A DNA stretch of 64,000 nucleotides, the filler included, from Blastocystis sp. subtype 4 (taxonomy: Eukaryota): the NCBI RefSeq assembly GCF_000743755.1. It is 11 parts of 11 records of this genome, joined end to end, with 100 filler letters (N's around TTAATTAATTAA, not from the genome) between each part and the next. Parts side by side here need not be neighbours in the genome. Positions count along the whole stretch, not along the records: positions 61,021 to 64,000 come from NW_014568941.1; 10 more parts are not named here. One strand, 5' to 3'. The translations under genes were made by a program, and so were the position numbers. Below are positions 63,053 through 64,000 of the stretch, in pieces. A model generated the notes under the pieces. That model was not told where the DNA came from, did not search any database, and saw nothing but the letters and a program-made list of their open reading frames with translations. Numbering within the stretch: the first letter of the stretch is position 1; each line of letters begins with the position of its first letter.

Positions 63053-63874
63053 ATGGCAAAAAAACGAGGATTGTCAGCAGATGAGAAAAGGCAGAAGATG
63101 CTTCAATCCATGCTTGATGGAGTTAGAAATGGTATTGACTCTATTACGACTAGAAATCGGTATACAATATGAAAGAATTGGAGAAGATAGCCAAAGACAA
63201 TGGAATTTGTAATAATCTAAGAGTTGTCATCATTCTTAGCAACCATGATTGTTAAGGATGTTGTCCAAGAGATGCTTGATGAGGATATGATCATTCAAGA
63301 GAAGGTGGGAACGAATATGCTCTATTGGATCTTTCCCTCTCAATCTTACATGTTGGTATATACTTTATTTTTTATGTTTATATATTAGAAGAAACGTAAA
63401 TTGGATAGTTTGAGAAAAGAAGCTGAGTTGGCTAGAGCGGAAAAGGCTCAGTTAGATGAATCAATTGCAAAAGCAAAAGCAAGCAAACCTGAGAGTGTAT
63501 TTATGGAATTATCTCTTGAACTTTAGGAGCATCGGTTTGAGTTACTCCGACAATATGAAGAATATAAGAAAAAGGAAGAAACTCTCCAATCACAACTAGA
63601 TTCAATGAAGGAACGAGATCCTGAGACAATACGCATGATGAGTGGATTTGGTATCTCGTAGTTATTTTTAGAGGATGATGTAAAGCGAGCTGTTGAGGGA
63701 GCTAATCGTTGGACTGGTTTATGTTAGTACTCTTGATTATGCTTAGATAACATATGGAGTATGAAGAGTTTTTTGGTCCGAAAGCAAGGCATTAGTAGTA
63801 AAGAAGCTGACCAAGCATTAGAAATCCCAGATGACTTTGATTACATCGAACTACCTCCATTCTTGAAAAGTTAA
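63053..63874 (+). CDS. MND1: Meiotic nuclear division protein 1
   Basis: MAKKRGLSADEKRQKM, KELEKIA, VKDVVQ...EKVGT...YWIFPS, ANRWTDNI, IPDDFDYI across several short introns. Confidence 0.93.
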
Positions 63875-64000
63875 TACTTGAAAGTTTGTTTGAACAAACC
63901 CATCACATAACATCTCACTAATATTCAAGTGATGCTCCAAGTCCACCGCAATTACACTCACAGCGAGTACTTGTCCTTCTGCATCTACACACATCCATTT

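Overview
This is a compact, AT-rich eukaryotic genome, very probably Blastocystis. Three things support that: most introns are GT-AG and about 25-35 nt, intergenic gaps are often under 150 bp, and a TGTTTGTT-type element follows most genes. The window is not one locus. It is 11 contigs of about 6 kb, joined by ten artificial 100-bp N/TTAATTAATTAA/N spacers and sorted by decreasing length. It holds about 45 whole or partial protein genes. These include NOL6, RRS1, two sirtuins, D-serine dehydratase, RPL23A, RPL8, ubiquitin-eS30, a DHHC protein, NECAP, ZIP9, MER3, MND1, VTA1, HSP20, VMA12, EAF, PRP4K, TFIIIA, TatD, two GT61 enzymes, a fucosyltransferase-like enzyme, an amino-acid permease and surface proteins. 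RNA genes are tRNA-Asn, tRNA-Leu and U1 snRNA. Highlights: (1) at least seven genes appear to get their stop codon from polyadenylation (in-frame T or TA, 4 nt, then TGTTTGTT), and convergent genes share back-to-back copies of this element; (2) an intronless, decayed Polinton/PLV-like viral relic at about 34.3-36.9 kb, with penton-like, HNH-like and integrase-like pieces; (3) canonical ubiquitin fused to ribosomal protein eS30; (4) an RPL23A copy with a frameshifting internal deletion. All gene calls come from manual motif recognition. Coordinates of spliced genes are outer bounds.
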